From assembly GCA_025057315.1 (NCBI GenBank), contig JANWXW010000057.1, positions 33,250 through 97,249 on the forward strand: a stretch of DNA of 64,000 nt. Reading direction: 5' to 3'. The DNA is from Myxococcota bacterium. GTDB taxonomy: Bacteria > Myxococcota_A > Polyangia > Palsa-1104 > JAEUJZ01. Positions 27,463-36,371 of this stretch are shown in pieces. The notes beneath the pieces were generated by a model. The model saw only the letters and a program-made list of their open reading frames with translations, was not told where the DNA came from and ran no database searches. The translations under genes were made by a program, and so were the position numbers. The stretch's first letter is position 1; the number at the start of each line of letters is the position of its first letter.

Positions 27463-28914
27463 CTAGACCAGATCGGCTAGGGTGCGGCCGCGAAGCTGCT
27501 GCCGGGTCTTGTCCTCCAGTTCTTGTAGCAACCGACCAAGGGCATCGGACGGCTCCCGAGCGCTGGCGACGCGGAATGTCTGGAGCACATCGTCCAGCTG
27601 GATGCGATCCAGGGGCCTGGCTGGCAGGTACGCATCGTCCACACCGATGATGAGGTCCCGCTCCTCCATACGGGCCAGCATCTGGCGCACCACTTGCTCT
27701 GGGAGCCCATGCCGCTGCCACAGCACCGCTGCCGGCAGTGCCTTGCGTCCGCTGGCGAAATGCTGCGCGATGTCACCCAGCAGACGCAGCACCCATTCGT
27801 CGTTGATCAGGATTCCCGCCATGGCATCTTTCGGGGATCGGTCCGGATGCAGGGGATCCAGGTCGCGCAGGGTCTGGATGGCTTGTGCCAGCGCCGCGCC
27901 CAGCAGGACGCCCAGCCAAAATAGGTACACCCACAGAATCAGCAGCGGAACCAGACCCAGCAGGGCCATCAGGGTAGCGAGGCCCACCCGGCTCACATAC
28001 AGACCGATGGCGAGCTTGGGCCACTCGACCAGCAGCGCGGTCACCAGCCCCCCCAGCAGGGCCGCACCCCAGCGCACCCGCGTCGGGGGCAGGACGCGGT
28101 TGAGCAGCGTGAAGGTCAGCACCGACAGCGACACGCAGCCCAGCAGCGGCAGGGGCGCCACCTGTGGGCCGAGCGAGACCGCATGCCACAGGGCGGCTGT
28201 CACCGGCATGGGCAGCAGCGTCAGGGCCGCATTGAACAGCAGAAAGCGCTGGAAGAAGGTGCGCCGCCCTGTCGTGCTCCAGATCTCGCTCCATACCGAC
28301 TCGACCTGCAGAAACAGCAGCAGGGCCAGCAGCAGCGCGACAAGGAACCCCGCGGCGCCCAGGGCGGGTGCCGGCACGTGCCCGATGAGCATCGTAAGGC
28401 TCTGCGCCGCCTCCGGCCGGGCCTCCACCGAATACGGCAGCAGCTTCTGCACGGCGGCCAGCAGCAGCGGCGAGGGGGCTGCCAAGTATCCGCCTGCCTG
28501 CAGCAGCGCCAGAGCGATGGCAAACAGGGGCAGCAGCCCAAGCAGGCTGTGAAAGGCCAGAGAGGCGGCCAGCTGGCCGCAGCGGCTGCTGCGCCAGCGT
28601 TGAACCAGCAGCGCCAGGGCGCGGACCGGCAGGAAGTTTGTGCTCGGGCGTGGCGGCGCTGCAAAGGACAGGACGTCCTCGGTGGTCGAGGGAAAGGACA
28701 GGTCTGCATTGTCCTGCTGGGCATCATCAGCGGCTGTTGTTCCCTCTGGAGCCTCCGTTGGTGCAGGGGCCTGCTGAGCACCGGTCAGGATGGGGGGCGG
28801 CGGGAGCGAATCGGGTTCGGACGCGGATGGTGGGTCGATGTCGGCCGGCCAGCCCTCGTCCAGACCATGGTGTCTGTCTAGATCGTCATCCCGCCGGTAC
28901 TTCGCCAAGCCCAT
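27463..28914 (-). CDS. YihY/BrkB-family membrane protein with C-terminal soluble domain
   Basis: Met at 28914 preceded by GGAGG. CGQLAASLAFHSLLGLLPLFAIALALL plus about 6 TM helices. C-terminal region LRLLGDIAQHF...MLARMEERDLI. Confidence 0.8.
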   Translation of the reverse strand: MGLAKYRRDDDLDRHHGLDEGWPADIDPPSASEPDSLPPPPILTGAQQAPAPTEAPEGTTAADDAQQDNADLSFPSTTEDVLSFAAPPRPSTNFLPVRALALLVQRWRSSRCGQLAASLAFHSLLGLLPLFAIALALLQAGGYLAAPSPLLLAAVQKLLPYSVEARPEAAQSLTMLIGHVPAPALGAAGFLVALLLALLLFLQVESVWSEIWSTTGRRTFFQRFLLFNAALTLLPMPVTAALWHAVSLGPQVAPLPLLGCVSLSVLTFTLLNRVLPPTRVRWGAALLGGLVTALLVEWPKLAIGLYVSRVGLATLMALLGLVPLLILWVYLFWLGVLLGAALAQAIQTLRDLDPLHPDRSPKDAMAGILINDEWVLRLLGDIAQHFASGRKALPAAVLWQRHGLPEQVVRQMLARMEERDLIIGVDDAYLPARPLDRIQLDDVLQTFRVASAREPSDALGRLLQELEDKTRQQLRGRTLADLV

Positions 28915-29531
28915 TTGCAGCCTCCAGGACAAATGGACGCAGAGCGATTTTACCATCCATACGCTCCATCCGAGAAGGCACCTCTTGGAGGAGGCACACG
29001 GAGCGAGAGCCCACGCGGGGCAGGCATGAGCACCCCGCCCAGCGGGCAGACACAGATGCGGATCGCCACCCGGCATTGGCCAGCCGGCTCGGGATATCCC
29101 TTAGAGCGGGCTAGTTGCCCAGCATCTCTTGGTGGCCAACGTGGGCAAGGCTTCGCTCGATGAGTTTGCCTCGATGGTATATCCAGCCCTCTGCGGCGCT
29201 GGCTGCACATCCGACGCTGCTCAGCAGAGCCCATCCCGCACGCTCAGCGAGCACATGGTGCAAGACGCGAGCCTGCGTTTGCTGTCCCTTCCATCGAGGT
29301 CAAAGACCTGGGTGGCGCGCACCGGAAGCAGGCTCCCGACGCTAGGCTGGACCGACGTCTCTGCAGGGAGCTTCTGGCACCACTTCCCGGCGCCGTTCTC
29401 TCTGTGTCCCGGGTTCCTTCTGTCCCAGCGTCGCCACCGTGCACTGCCTGCCTGGATGGATGCGCGGGTTGCTAAGGCAGAAGATGGCACACCCCATGAC
29501 ACCCCATCATCGATCATCCAGCATCCAGCGG

Positions 29532-30131
29532 TCATTCAGCGCTGGCTGTCTGCCCTATGCGGAGAAAATTGCTGAGCAGCTGCCTGCCACATGGGGTACC
29601 GATGGACTCAGGGTGAAACTGCACGCCAAAGAGCGGTAGCTGGCTGTGTCGCAAGGCCATGATGTCTCCCTCGGCGGTCCAGGCCGTGGGCAGCAGGGAC
29701 GGTGGCAAGGAGCAGGGCTCGACGACGAGCGAGTGGTAACGCGTGGCCAGAAAGGGACTCGGCAGCCCTCGCAGCAGCGGATCGTCCAGTGTGGCATCGA
29801 TGTACACTGGCCAGGTCTTGCCGTGCACCGGTCGGCCCCGCACGACGCGCGCACCGAAGGCCCGGGCCAGCGCCTGGTGACCCAGGCACACCCCGAGCAC
29901 GGGCAACTGGGGACGCAGCCGGGGCAGCTCGCGCAGCGCGGTCAGGCACACGCCCGCCTCCTCCGGCCCACCCGGGCCCGGCGACAGCACCAGCCGCTCC
30001 GGCGCCAACGCGAGGATGCCGGCCACATCGATCTCGTCGTTGCGCAGCACCACCACCTCCGCCCCCAGCTCACCCAGGTACTGGGCTAGGTTGTGTGTGA
30101 ACGAGTCATAGTTGTCGATGAGCAACAGCAT
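29532..30131 (-). CDS. Glutamine amidotransferase component II of anthranilate/aminodeoxychorismate synthase (TrpG/PabA)
   Basis: MLLLIDNYDSFTHNLAQYLGELG, PVLGVCLGHQAL (catalytic Cys), FGVQFHPES. Confidence 0.9.
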   Translation of the reverse strand: MLLLIDNYDSFTHNLAQYLGELGAEVVVLRNDEIDVAGILALAPERLVLSPGPGGPEEAGVCLTALRELPRLRPQLPVLGVCLGHQALARAFGARVVRGRPVHGKTWPVYIDATLDDPLLRGLPSPFLATRYHSLVVEPCSLPPSLLPTAWTAEGDIMALRHSQLPLFGVQFHPESIGTPCGRQLLSNFLRIGQTASAE

Positions 30132-30133
30132 GG

Positions 30134-32560
30134 CTAGGGGTGCATGTAGTACGTGTCTGGATCGCTCTCGCCGGGCAGCAGCGCCTGTTCGGTGGGCTCC
30201 GTACCGGCGAGGAAGACTTCCTCCACCGCTGGCGCCCCGGGGGGGGCCAGCTTGCCGGTGCGGGGGTCGATGCGTTGGACCACCACGCCTGGCGGCTGCA
30301 CAAACGTCGATGGTTTGCGGTGGACAAGGGCTCGCTGCATGAATTCCAGCCAGATGGGCAGCGCCGCCCGTGCCCCTTGCTCCCGCTCCCCCAGGACGCG
30401 CATGTCGTCATGCCCGACCCACACTCCTGCCACCAGCTCGGGGGTATAGCCCACAAACCAGGCGTCGCGCTGGGCATTGGTGGTGCCGGTCTTGCCGGCG
30501 GCTGGTCGTCCCAACTTGCCGCGTGCGGCCACGGCCGTTCCTTCTTCGATCACGCTGCGCAGGACCGAGGTGACAACGAAGGCCAAATCCGGACTGAGGC
30601 CCTGCTCCGCCGGGGGCGGGGCCAGCACCTCGCTGCCCACCTGGAGGATGAAGACTGGCCGCTGTCGGCGTCCGCTGGCCGCCAGCGTCGCGTAGGCATT
30701 GGTCAGCTCCAGCGGCGTGACCTCCGATGCTCCTAGCGCCAGCGCATAGGTCTCCTCCAGGTCTGACTCGATCCCAGCTGCCCGAGCCATGGCCGCCACA
30801 GGACCCGGTTTGATGTGATAGATAAGCTGCGAAGCCACCGTGTTGAGCGACCGCGCCAGTGCCACGCGCAGGCGCACCGGACCGAGGTACTCTTGCCTCT
30901 CGGCGTTTTGCGGCTTCCAGGGGGCCATGCCGGGCAGGTCGTAGACCTGAGGCGAGTCGTTCAGCAAGGTGGCCGGCGTGTATCGATGGCCATCGGGGTC
31001 ACCGCGGTAGTCGAAGGCCGCGGCGTAGACAAAGGGCTTGAACGCCGAGCCGGGCTGGCGGCGCGCCCGCAGGGCCCGGTTGAACTGACCCCGTCCAAAA
31101 CCGTAGCCGCCCACCAGCGCCACCACGTGCCGGCTCTCCGGCTCTAGGGCCACCAGCGCGCCCTGGGGGCCGTTTTCCAGTGCCAGGACAGGGCCATCTT
31201 TTCCGCTGGATGCGATGCGGACTCGGAGCACATCGCCGGGCTGAAACCGCCTGCTTGGCAGCAGCCCCTTGGGGTTGTATCGCCCAGGTCGTGCCGGCAG
31301 GGGCAGCCAGCCGACGGCTGTGCCCAGGGCCACGCTTGCACCTGCGCCGGAGAGGCCATCTCCATCGAAGACCTGCTGGACCACTCCCTCCACAATACGC
31401 CCTGGCGGCGGTCCGTTCGGGTAGGCATGGGCCAGCTCCTTGAGGTACGCCCCCTGTTGGGGCGGCGACAGGTGGCGGAGGGGACCCAGGTGGCCGTTGC
31501 GCTCGTCGAGCCGATCCAGCCCCCGTTCCAGGGCCTCTCGGGCTGCACGCTGCGCTGCTAGATCGCAACTCGTGCGTACCTCCAGCCCCAGATAGGGCAG
31601 ACGCTCGCGGGTGTACCGCTCTACCAGGTACCGCTCCACCTCATCGACGAACTCGGGCGCCAGAGCTGCCAGGCCAGCTGGCTCGGGGACAATCTGGATG
31701 GGACGCTCGGCAGCTCGCTGGGCCGCCTCGCGGGTGGTGTACCGGTAGCGGACCATCTGAGACAGGACATAACGCTGTCGGTCTTTGGCCCGCTGGGGGT
31801 TGCGCCGCGGCGAGATCTCTTCCGGTCCTTTGGGCAGTGCCGCCAGCAGCGCCGCCTCGGCCAGGCCCAACTGGTTGACCGAACGGCCAAAGTAGAACCG
31901 GGCTGCTTCCTCCACTCCATAGCGACCGTGGCCGAAGTAGATTTGGTTAAGATAAATCCACAGAATTTCTTCCTTGCTTAGACGGCGCTCGAGCCGCAGC
32001 GCGAGGTACATCTCCTGCACCTTGCGCTTCAAGGTCCGCGCATCGCTGCGCAGGATATAGGTGCGCACAAGTTGCTGGGTGATGGTCGAGGCGCCGTGCA
32101 GGTGCGCACCCGGTCGCAAGTTGTGCAGCATGGCTCGCACCATGCTCCAGGTGTCCAGCCCCGGATGCTCGTAAAACTGGGCATCCTCTGCAGCAACGAA
32201 CGCGTCGGCTACCAGGCGCGGAATCACGACCGATGGCGTGGTGCCGGGCGGGGCCCCCACGAGGCGAGGCCGACCGCGTTCGTCCTTGTCGCGGCTTACC
32301 AGGGGGACTACGGTGCGCCGTTCCTCGAAGATCTCGCCGATGAGCTGGCCATCGCGGGCCAGTACACGGGTTGTGACCTTGGGCCGATAGTCGCCCACGC
32401 GGTCGATGGTGGGCAAGGAGGGATCGGACGTATAGTAGAGAAACATCCCGCCAACCAGCAGCGCGCCCAAGACGGTCGTCCCCAGGCCGACCAGCAGCGC
32501 CCAGCGCACCAGCCGACCAGGTAGCCCTGCGCGGCCCCTATGTCGTCTTCCCTTTGCCAT
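30134..32560 (-). CDS. Bifunctional class A penicillin-binding protein (PBP1A family)
   Basis: Met at 32560: MAKGRRHRGR plus a TM helix. Glycosyltransferase motifs AAEDAQFYEHPG, GASTITQQL, RKVQEM. Transpeptidase motifs SAFKP, SLN, KTGTT. Confidence 0.92.
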   Translation of the reverse strand: MAKGRRHRGRAGLPGRLVRWALLVGLGTTVLGALLVGGMFLYYTSDPSLPTIDRVGDYRPKVTTRVLARDGQLIGEIFEERRTVVPLVSRDKDERGRPRLVGAPPGTTPSVVIPRLVADAFVAAEDAQFYEHPGLDTWSMVRAMLHNLRPGAHLHGASTITQQLVRTYILRSDARTLKRKVQEMYLALRLERRLSKEEILWIYLNQIYFGHGRYGVEEAARFYFGRSVNQLGLAEAALLAALPKGPEEISPRRNPQRAKDRQRYVLSQMVRYRYTTREAAQRAAERPIQIVPEPAGLAALAPEFVDEVERYLVERYTRERLPYLGLEVRTSCDLAAQRAAREALERGLDRLDERNGHLGPLRHLSPPQQGAYLKELAHAYPNGPPPGRIVEGVVQQVFDGDGLSGAGASVALGTAVGWLPLPARPGRYNPKGLLPSRRFQPGDVLRVRIASSGKDGPVLALENGPQGALVALEPESRHVVALVGGYGFGRGQFNRALRARRQPGSAFKPFVYAAAFDYRGDPDGHRYTPATLLNDSPQVYDLPGMAPWKPQNAERQEYLGPVRLRVALARSLNTVASQLIYHIKPGPVAAMARAAGIESDLEETYALALGASEVTPLELTNAYATLAASGRRQRPVFILQVGSEVLAPPPAEQGLSPDLAFVVTSVLRSVIEEGTAVAARGKLGRPAAGKTGTTNAQRDAWFVGYTPELVAGVWVGHDDMRVLGEREQGARAALPIWLEFMQRALVHRKPSTFVQPPGVVVQRIDPRTGKLAPPGAPAVEEVFLAGTEPTEQALLPGESDPDTYYMHP

Positions 32561-32669
32561 GGCAGCGCGGTTCACGCTGCCAAGCTTAGCGTGGTTGGCC
32601 CAATTTGCTGCTGGTGCCCCCTTGCACCTTGCGTTTGTGCTCCCATGTTTCGGGCGGAGGAGGTCTTCC

Positions 32670-35423
32670 GTGAGCAGACAGCGATCGTGGGTCCTGGTGT
32701 GGGGCATGGCCTCTGTCGTCTTCGCCCCCCATCCCGCCGTAGCCCTTCCGGAACGCTACGAGTACGGTATCGTGCTGGGACAAGAGAAACTAGGCCAGCG
32801 GCGACCCAATGGAACCGACCCAGGCAGCTTCAGCAGTCCCCTGGCCGTGGCGGTGGACCGTAGCCGGCGTCCATCCCCACTCTATGTCGCCGACGCCATG
32901 AATGGACGTGTGCTCGCCTGGCGCGATGCCACCTCGTTCCGCAATGGCGCTCCGGCCGATCTGATCATAGGCCAGCCGGATGGCATCAGCGGCGAGCGTT
33001 ACCGCAGCGATGCTGCCTCCATCAGCCGACCGACGGCCCTCGCGGTGGACCACGAAGGCACTCTGTGGGTCGCCGACGCCGACAATGGCCGCGTGCTTGG
33101 CTTCCGCTGGCCTTTCGACCCGCAGCGTTCTCGGCAGGACAACCTCACGGCCGATTTCCTCATCGGCCAGCCCGAGTTCGGACTGGGCTACCGGAGCCGC
33201 GCCTGCAATGGCACGACGCCGACTCAGGGCCCGGGCAGCCCGGCGACCGACCAGACGCTGTGCGAGCCATCCGGACTCGCCATCGACCCCATGGGCAATC
33301 TGTACGTGGCGGACCGACTGAATCACCGCGTGCTGATGTTCCGAGGACCGCTGCCAGACAGGTATGCGCGGGCGCAGCTCGTGTTGGGGCAGGACGCGCT
33401 GGAGGGCACGGCACGCTGCAACCGCAGCGCCATGATGGCGCCACCCCACTCCCGCTCGCTGTGCGAGCCACAGGGGCTTGCGCTGGATGTGCGACAGACC
33501 CCCCTGCGTCTGTTCGTGGCCGACAGCGGCAATCACCGCGTCTTGGTCTTTAACGATCCGTGGAACGATCAAGAAGCCGATTTCGTCTTTGGGCAGATGA
33601 GCTTGCACCAGGCCGTGGCTGGCACTGGGATGGACCGATTCAACCGGCCCTCCAGCGTCACGGTCGATGGAGCGGGCAGAGTCTGGGTGAGCGATGCGGG
33701 CAACCACCGCGTGCTCGGCTTTGAGCCGCCTTACGAGGTTCCTGGGCCGGTGGCCAGCTACCTCATCGGTCAGGTGGATGGCAACGGCACGCAGCCGAAC
33801 CAGACCTTGCCCGGTCGGCCGACGGCCCCGCCGACTGCCACCACCCTCTTTGCGCCCCGTGGCGGGGCCTTCGACGATCTCGGCCGGCTCCTGCTGGCCG
33901 ATGCGGGTAACCATCGCGTGCTAGCGTATGCCATGCCAGCACGTGTGAACGCCGTTGCCACGTCTGTGCTCGGGCAGGCTGATTTCGTTCACGGCGCTGA
34001 GTCTCGCACCGATGCCGCCACGCTGGCCTACCCGGTGGGGGTGGCAGTGGACCGGCCGGATCCCAGGGAACGGCCTGGCGAGCCCCAGGCTGTCTACGTC
34101 GCTGACTTCGGCAACAGCCGCATATTGGCCTGGCGCGACCTGTACGCGCTGCGCAGCGGGCGTCCTGCGGATCTTGTCATCGGACAGAAAGGGATGCTCG
34201 ATCATGCCTGCAACCAGGGTCGCGGCATCTCTGCCAGCACACTCTGCTGGCCGCGCGGCGTGGCCGTCGATCGTCACGGCGATCTCTGGGTCGCAGACAC
34301 CTGGAATCATAGGGTTCTTAGATTCCCCAAACCGTTCGCCCGCAAAGGGGAACAGGTGGCCAACTTGGTGCTCGGCCAACCCGGCTTCTTGGGAGGCCTG
34401 TACAACATCAATGCCGTTCCGCAGCCAACGCGCCGCTCGATGTCCAGTCCGGCCGCGGTGGCGGTTGAGCCCGGCGGGGTGGTGTGGGTAGCCGATCGGG
34501 ACAACAACCGGGTGCTGGGGTTTGCCCCCCCGCTGTCCAATGGCATGCAGGCCACGTATGTGCTGGTCGGAGAGGATCTTGGGCCCAGCAGCGCAGGGTG
34601 CCCCCGTGGGGGCGGTGGGTTCATCTGCGGACCCACCGGCCTGGCGTGGGATCCATCCGGAGGGCTGTGGGTGGCGGACCGGGACAACAACCGCGTCTCG
34701 CTGTATGCCACGCGCCCTGACAGCCCGGACTCGCCCCTGATCAGCCCGGTCCCCCGAGCGGTCATCGGCCAGCCTTCCATCACTGCCACGGCACCCAACC
34801 TCGGCGACCCCACCAGGCCGACCGCCAGCTCGCTGATGGCACCCGAGAGCGTCTCCGTGGAGGTCCGTCTGCGCTCAGACGGCACGCCCGAGGCCACAGC
34901 CATCGTGGTGGCCGACAGCGGCAATCACCGCGTGCTGGTCTTCGACCCTCTTACCAGCGGCTTCCAGCCCGAGGCGAAGCAGGTCATCGGGCAGGCGGGG
35001 TCCTTCGAGCGGCAGGGCGCCAACCTAGATGCCGACTTCCATGACCGCATGCAGAACGTGGAGCGCGGGCTGTTCAACCCGGGGGCTGTGCTGGCTCTGC
35101 CCGAGGTGTTGCTCATCTCTGACTCCGGCGACACCTCACGCCTGTCTGTGCGCACCGGCGCGCTGCAGCCGACCCTAGGCGACACGGGCAACAACCGCGT
35201 CCTGCTCCTACTGGGTCCCGACTTCCCCCGTCCTGCGGATCCACCCGACATGTTGCCGGAGGCCCCTGACATGGCGATGACAGAGCCCGCGCCCGAACCG
35301 ATGTCTGCGGCAGGATGCGCCTGCGACCTGGGCCGGGGTGCCGCCCCCGGTCCCGCTGGGGCCCTGCTAGGGCTGCTGCTGGCCCTTGTGGCTATCCGTT
35401 CAACTTCTCGAAGAGCTCCTTGA
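32670..35423 (+). CDS. Large NHL-repeat (beta-propeller) surface protein with MYXO-CTERM-like C-terminal sorting signal
   Basis: GTG at 32670, 6 nt after GGAGGAGG. At least 15 repeats of the type (V)AD(x)GN(H/N)RVL(x)F. Tail AAGCACDLGRGAAPGPAGALLGLLLALVAIRSTSRRAP. Confidence 0.85.
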   Translation: MSRQRSWVLVWGMASVVFAPHPAVALPERYEYGIVLGQEKLGQRRPNGTDPGSFSSPLAVAVDRSRRPSPLYVADAMNGRVLAWRDATSFRNGAPADLIIGQPDGISGERYRSDAASISRPTALAVDHEGTLWVADADNGRVLGFRWPFDPQRSRQDNLTADFLIGQPEFGLGYRSRACNGTTPTQGPGSPATDQTLCEPSGLAIDPMGNLYVADRLNHRVLMFRGPLPDRYARAQLVLGQDALEGTARCNRSAMMAPPHSRSLCEPQGLALDVRQTPLRLFVADSGNHRVLVFNDPWNDQEADFVFGQMSLHQAVAGTGMDRFNRPSSVTVDGAGRVWVSDAGNHRVLGFEPPYEVPGPVASYLIGQVDGNGTQPNQTLPGRPTAPPTATTLFAPRGGAFDDLGRLLLADAGNHRVLAYAMPARVNAVATSVLGQADFVHGAESRTDAATLAYPVGVAVDRPDPRERPGEPQAVYVADFGNSRILAWRDLYALRSGRPADLVIGQKGMLDHACNQGRGISASTLCWPRGVAVDRHGDLWVADTWNHRVLRFPKPFARKGEQVANLVLGQPGFLGGLYNINAVPQPTRRSMSSPAAVAVEPGGVVWVADRDNNRVLGFAPPLSNGMQATYVLVGEDLGPSSAGCPRGGGGFICGPTGLAWDPSGGLWVADRDNNRVSLYATRPDSPDSPLISPVPRAVIGQPSITATAPNLGDPTRPTASSLMAPESVSVEVRLRSDGTPEATAIVVADSGNHRVLVFDPLTSGFQPEAKQVIGQAGSFERQGANLDADFHDRMQNVERGLFNPGAVLALPEVLLISDSGDTSRLSVRTGALQPTLGDTGNNRVLLLLGPDFPRPADPPDMLPEAPDMAMTEPAPEPMSAAGCACDLGRGAAPGPAGALLGLLLALVAIRSTSRRAP

Positions 35424-36279
35424 GACGTCGCTCGGGCAGCGAGACCCGGGTCGGCATGCCCCCGCCCAGACCCAAAAGACGCACGAAGTCCACCCCTGAA
35501 TCGTAGGCCGCGGCGGCGGTGACCATGCCAGCCTCGCGCACCACGGCAACCTCCGCCTGGGCCTGGCCAAGGAGCAGCAGCAGGGTCTTGTCGAAGGGTC
35601 CGCGCGCCAGGCGCTGGGCATCGACGAAGACAGCGCGCCCGCGGCGCTCGTACAGGCGGGCTAGACGCTCTGTTTCGCGGGCCATGGCCTGGAAGTCTGT
35701 TGCAGCCTGCGCGATGACAGCACGGTGCTCGCGGTCCTGCAGGCCACCTACGAGCCAACGGACGATGCGGTGCTTGAGGGCAGTGTCTCGGAAATGAGCG
35801 CGCAGGGCGTGGTCGACCATCTCTCCGATGGGACCGGGGGAGCCCACACGCGTGTCCACAGCGTGGGCGTCCTGGTCTGCTCCGGCATAGGGCTCGGAGC
35901 CGCCGAGCAGCCACTTGGCTGCTGCATAGAGACCATCCAGGTCGAGGTGGCAGACAATGGTATCGATCGGTCCAGCTTCGCGCACCAGCGCCGGCGTGAT
36001 CATTTCGGGGCATGCGCCGTGCTCGGCCTTGGTCGCTAGCAAGAACCGCTGGTCGCCGCGGAAGTCGACGTGCCGCTCGTGGTCGTGGTGGTCGACCCAG
36101 GCCGCCAGGCGAGGCCCCAGCCCCCTGATGAAGCGCAGCGTCGTTTGCTCGAACGAGGTACCAAGACCATCGGCAGCGAAGGCCAGGTCTAACACCACCA
36201 CCCGCCCTGCCAGCTCATCTGGGTCGGGCAGGGCGCGCGGTGAGGCGAACACCACGGTGGCCGAGGTAGGGAACACCAT
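35392..36279 (-). CDS. Hypothetical protein (295 aa) with His/Asp-rich cluster WVDHHDHERH
   Basis: Coding-like composition and GC3 bias. Divergent from the ETF fusion gene (92-nt gap). I cannot assign a family. Convergent 32-nt overlap with the NHL gene. Confidence 0.55.
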   Translation of the reverse strand: MVFPTSATVVFASPRALPDPDELAGRVVVLDLAFAADGLGTSFEQTTLRFIRGLGPRLAAWVDHHDHERHVDFRGDQRFLLATKAEHGACPEMITPALVREAGPIDTIVCHLDLDGLYAAAKWLLGGSEPYAGADQDAHAVDTRVGSPGPIGEMVDHALRAHFRDTALKHRIVRWLVGGLQDREHRAVIAQAATDFQAMARETERLARLYERRGRAVFVDAQRLARGPFDKTLLLLLGQAQAEVAVVREAGMVTAAAAYDSGVDFVRLLGLGGGMPTRVSLPERRLKELFEKLNG

Positions 36280-36371
36280 CGCTACAACAATCTATCCTGA
36301 AGCGGTCTCTGGAGCCACCCATGCACCTGCGCACTCCCTAGGCCGGGGAGCCCACGGTATAACTACCCCCC

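Noticed and set aside
28915-29531. RNase P RNA, tmRNA or another housekeeping RNA in the lower-GC gap
   Set aside because: I looked on both strands for GGAAAGTCC / ACAGAACCCGGCTTA-type RNase P motifs and for a tmRNA-like tRNA end (GGTTCGA...CCA) and found none. Identity as a known RNA is therefore unsupported, and the region is kept only as an unexplained gap.
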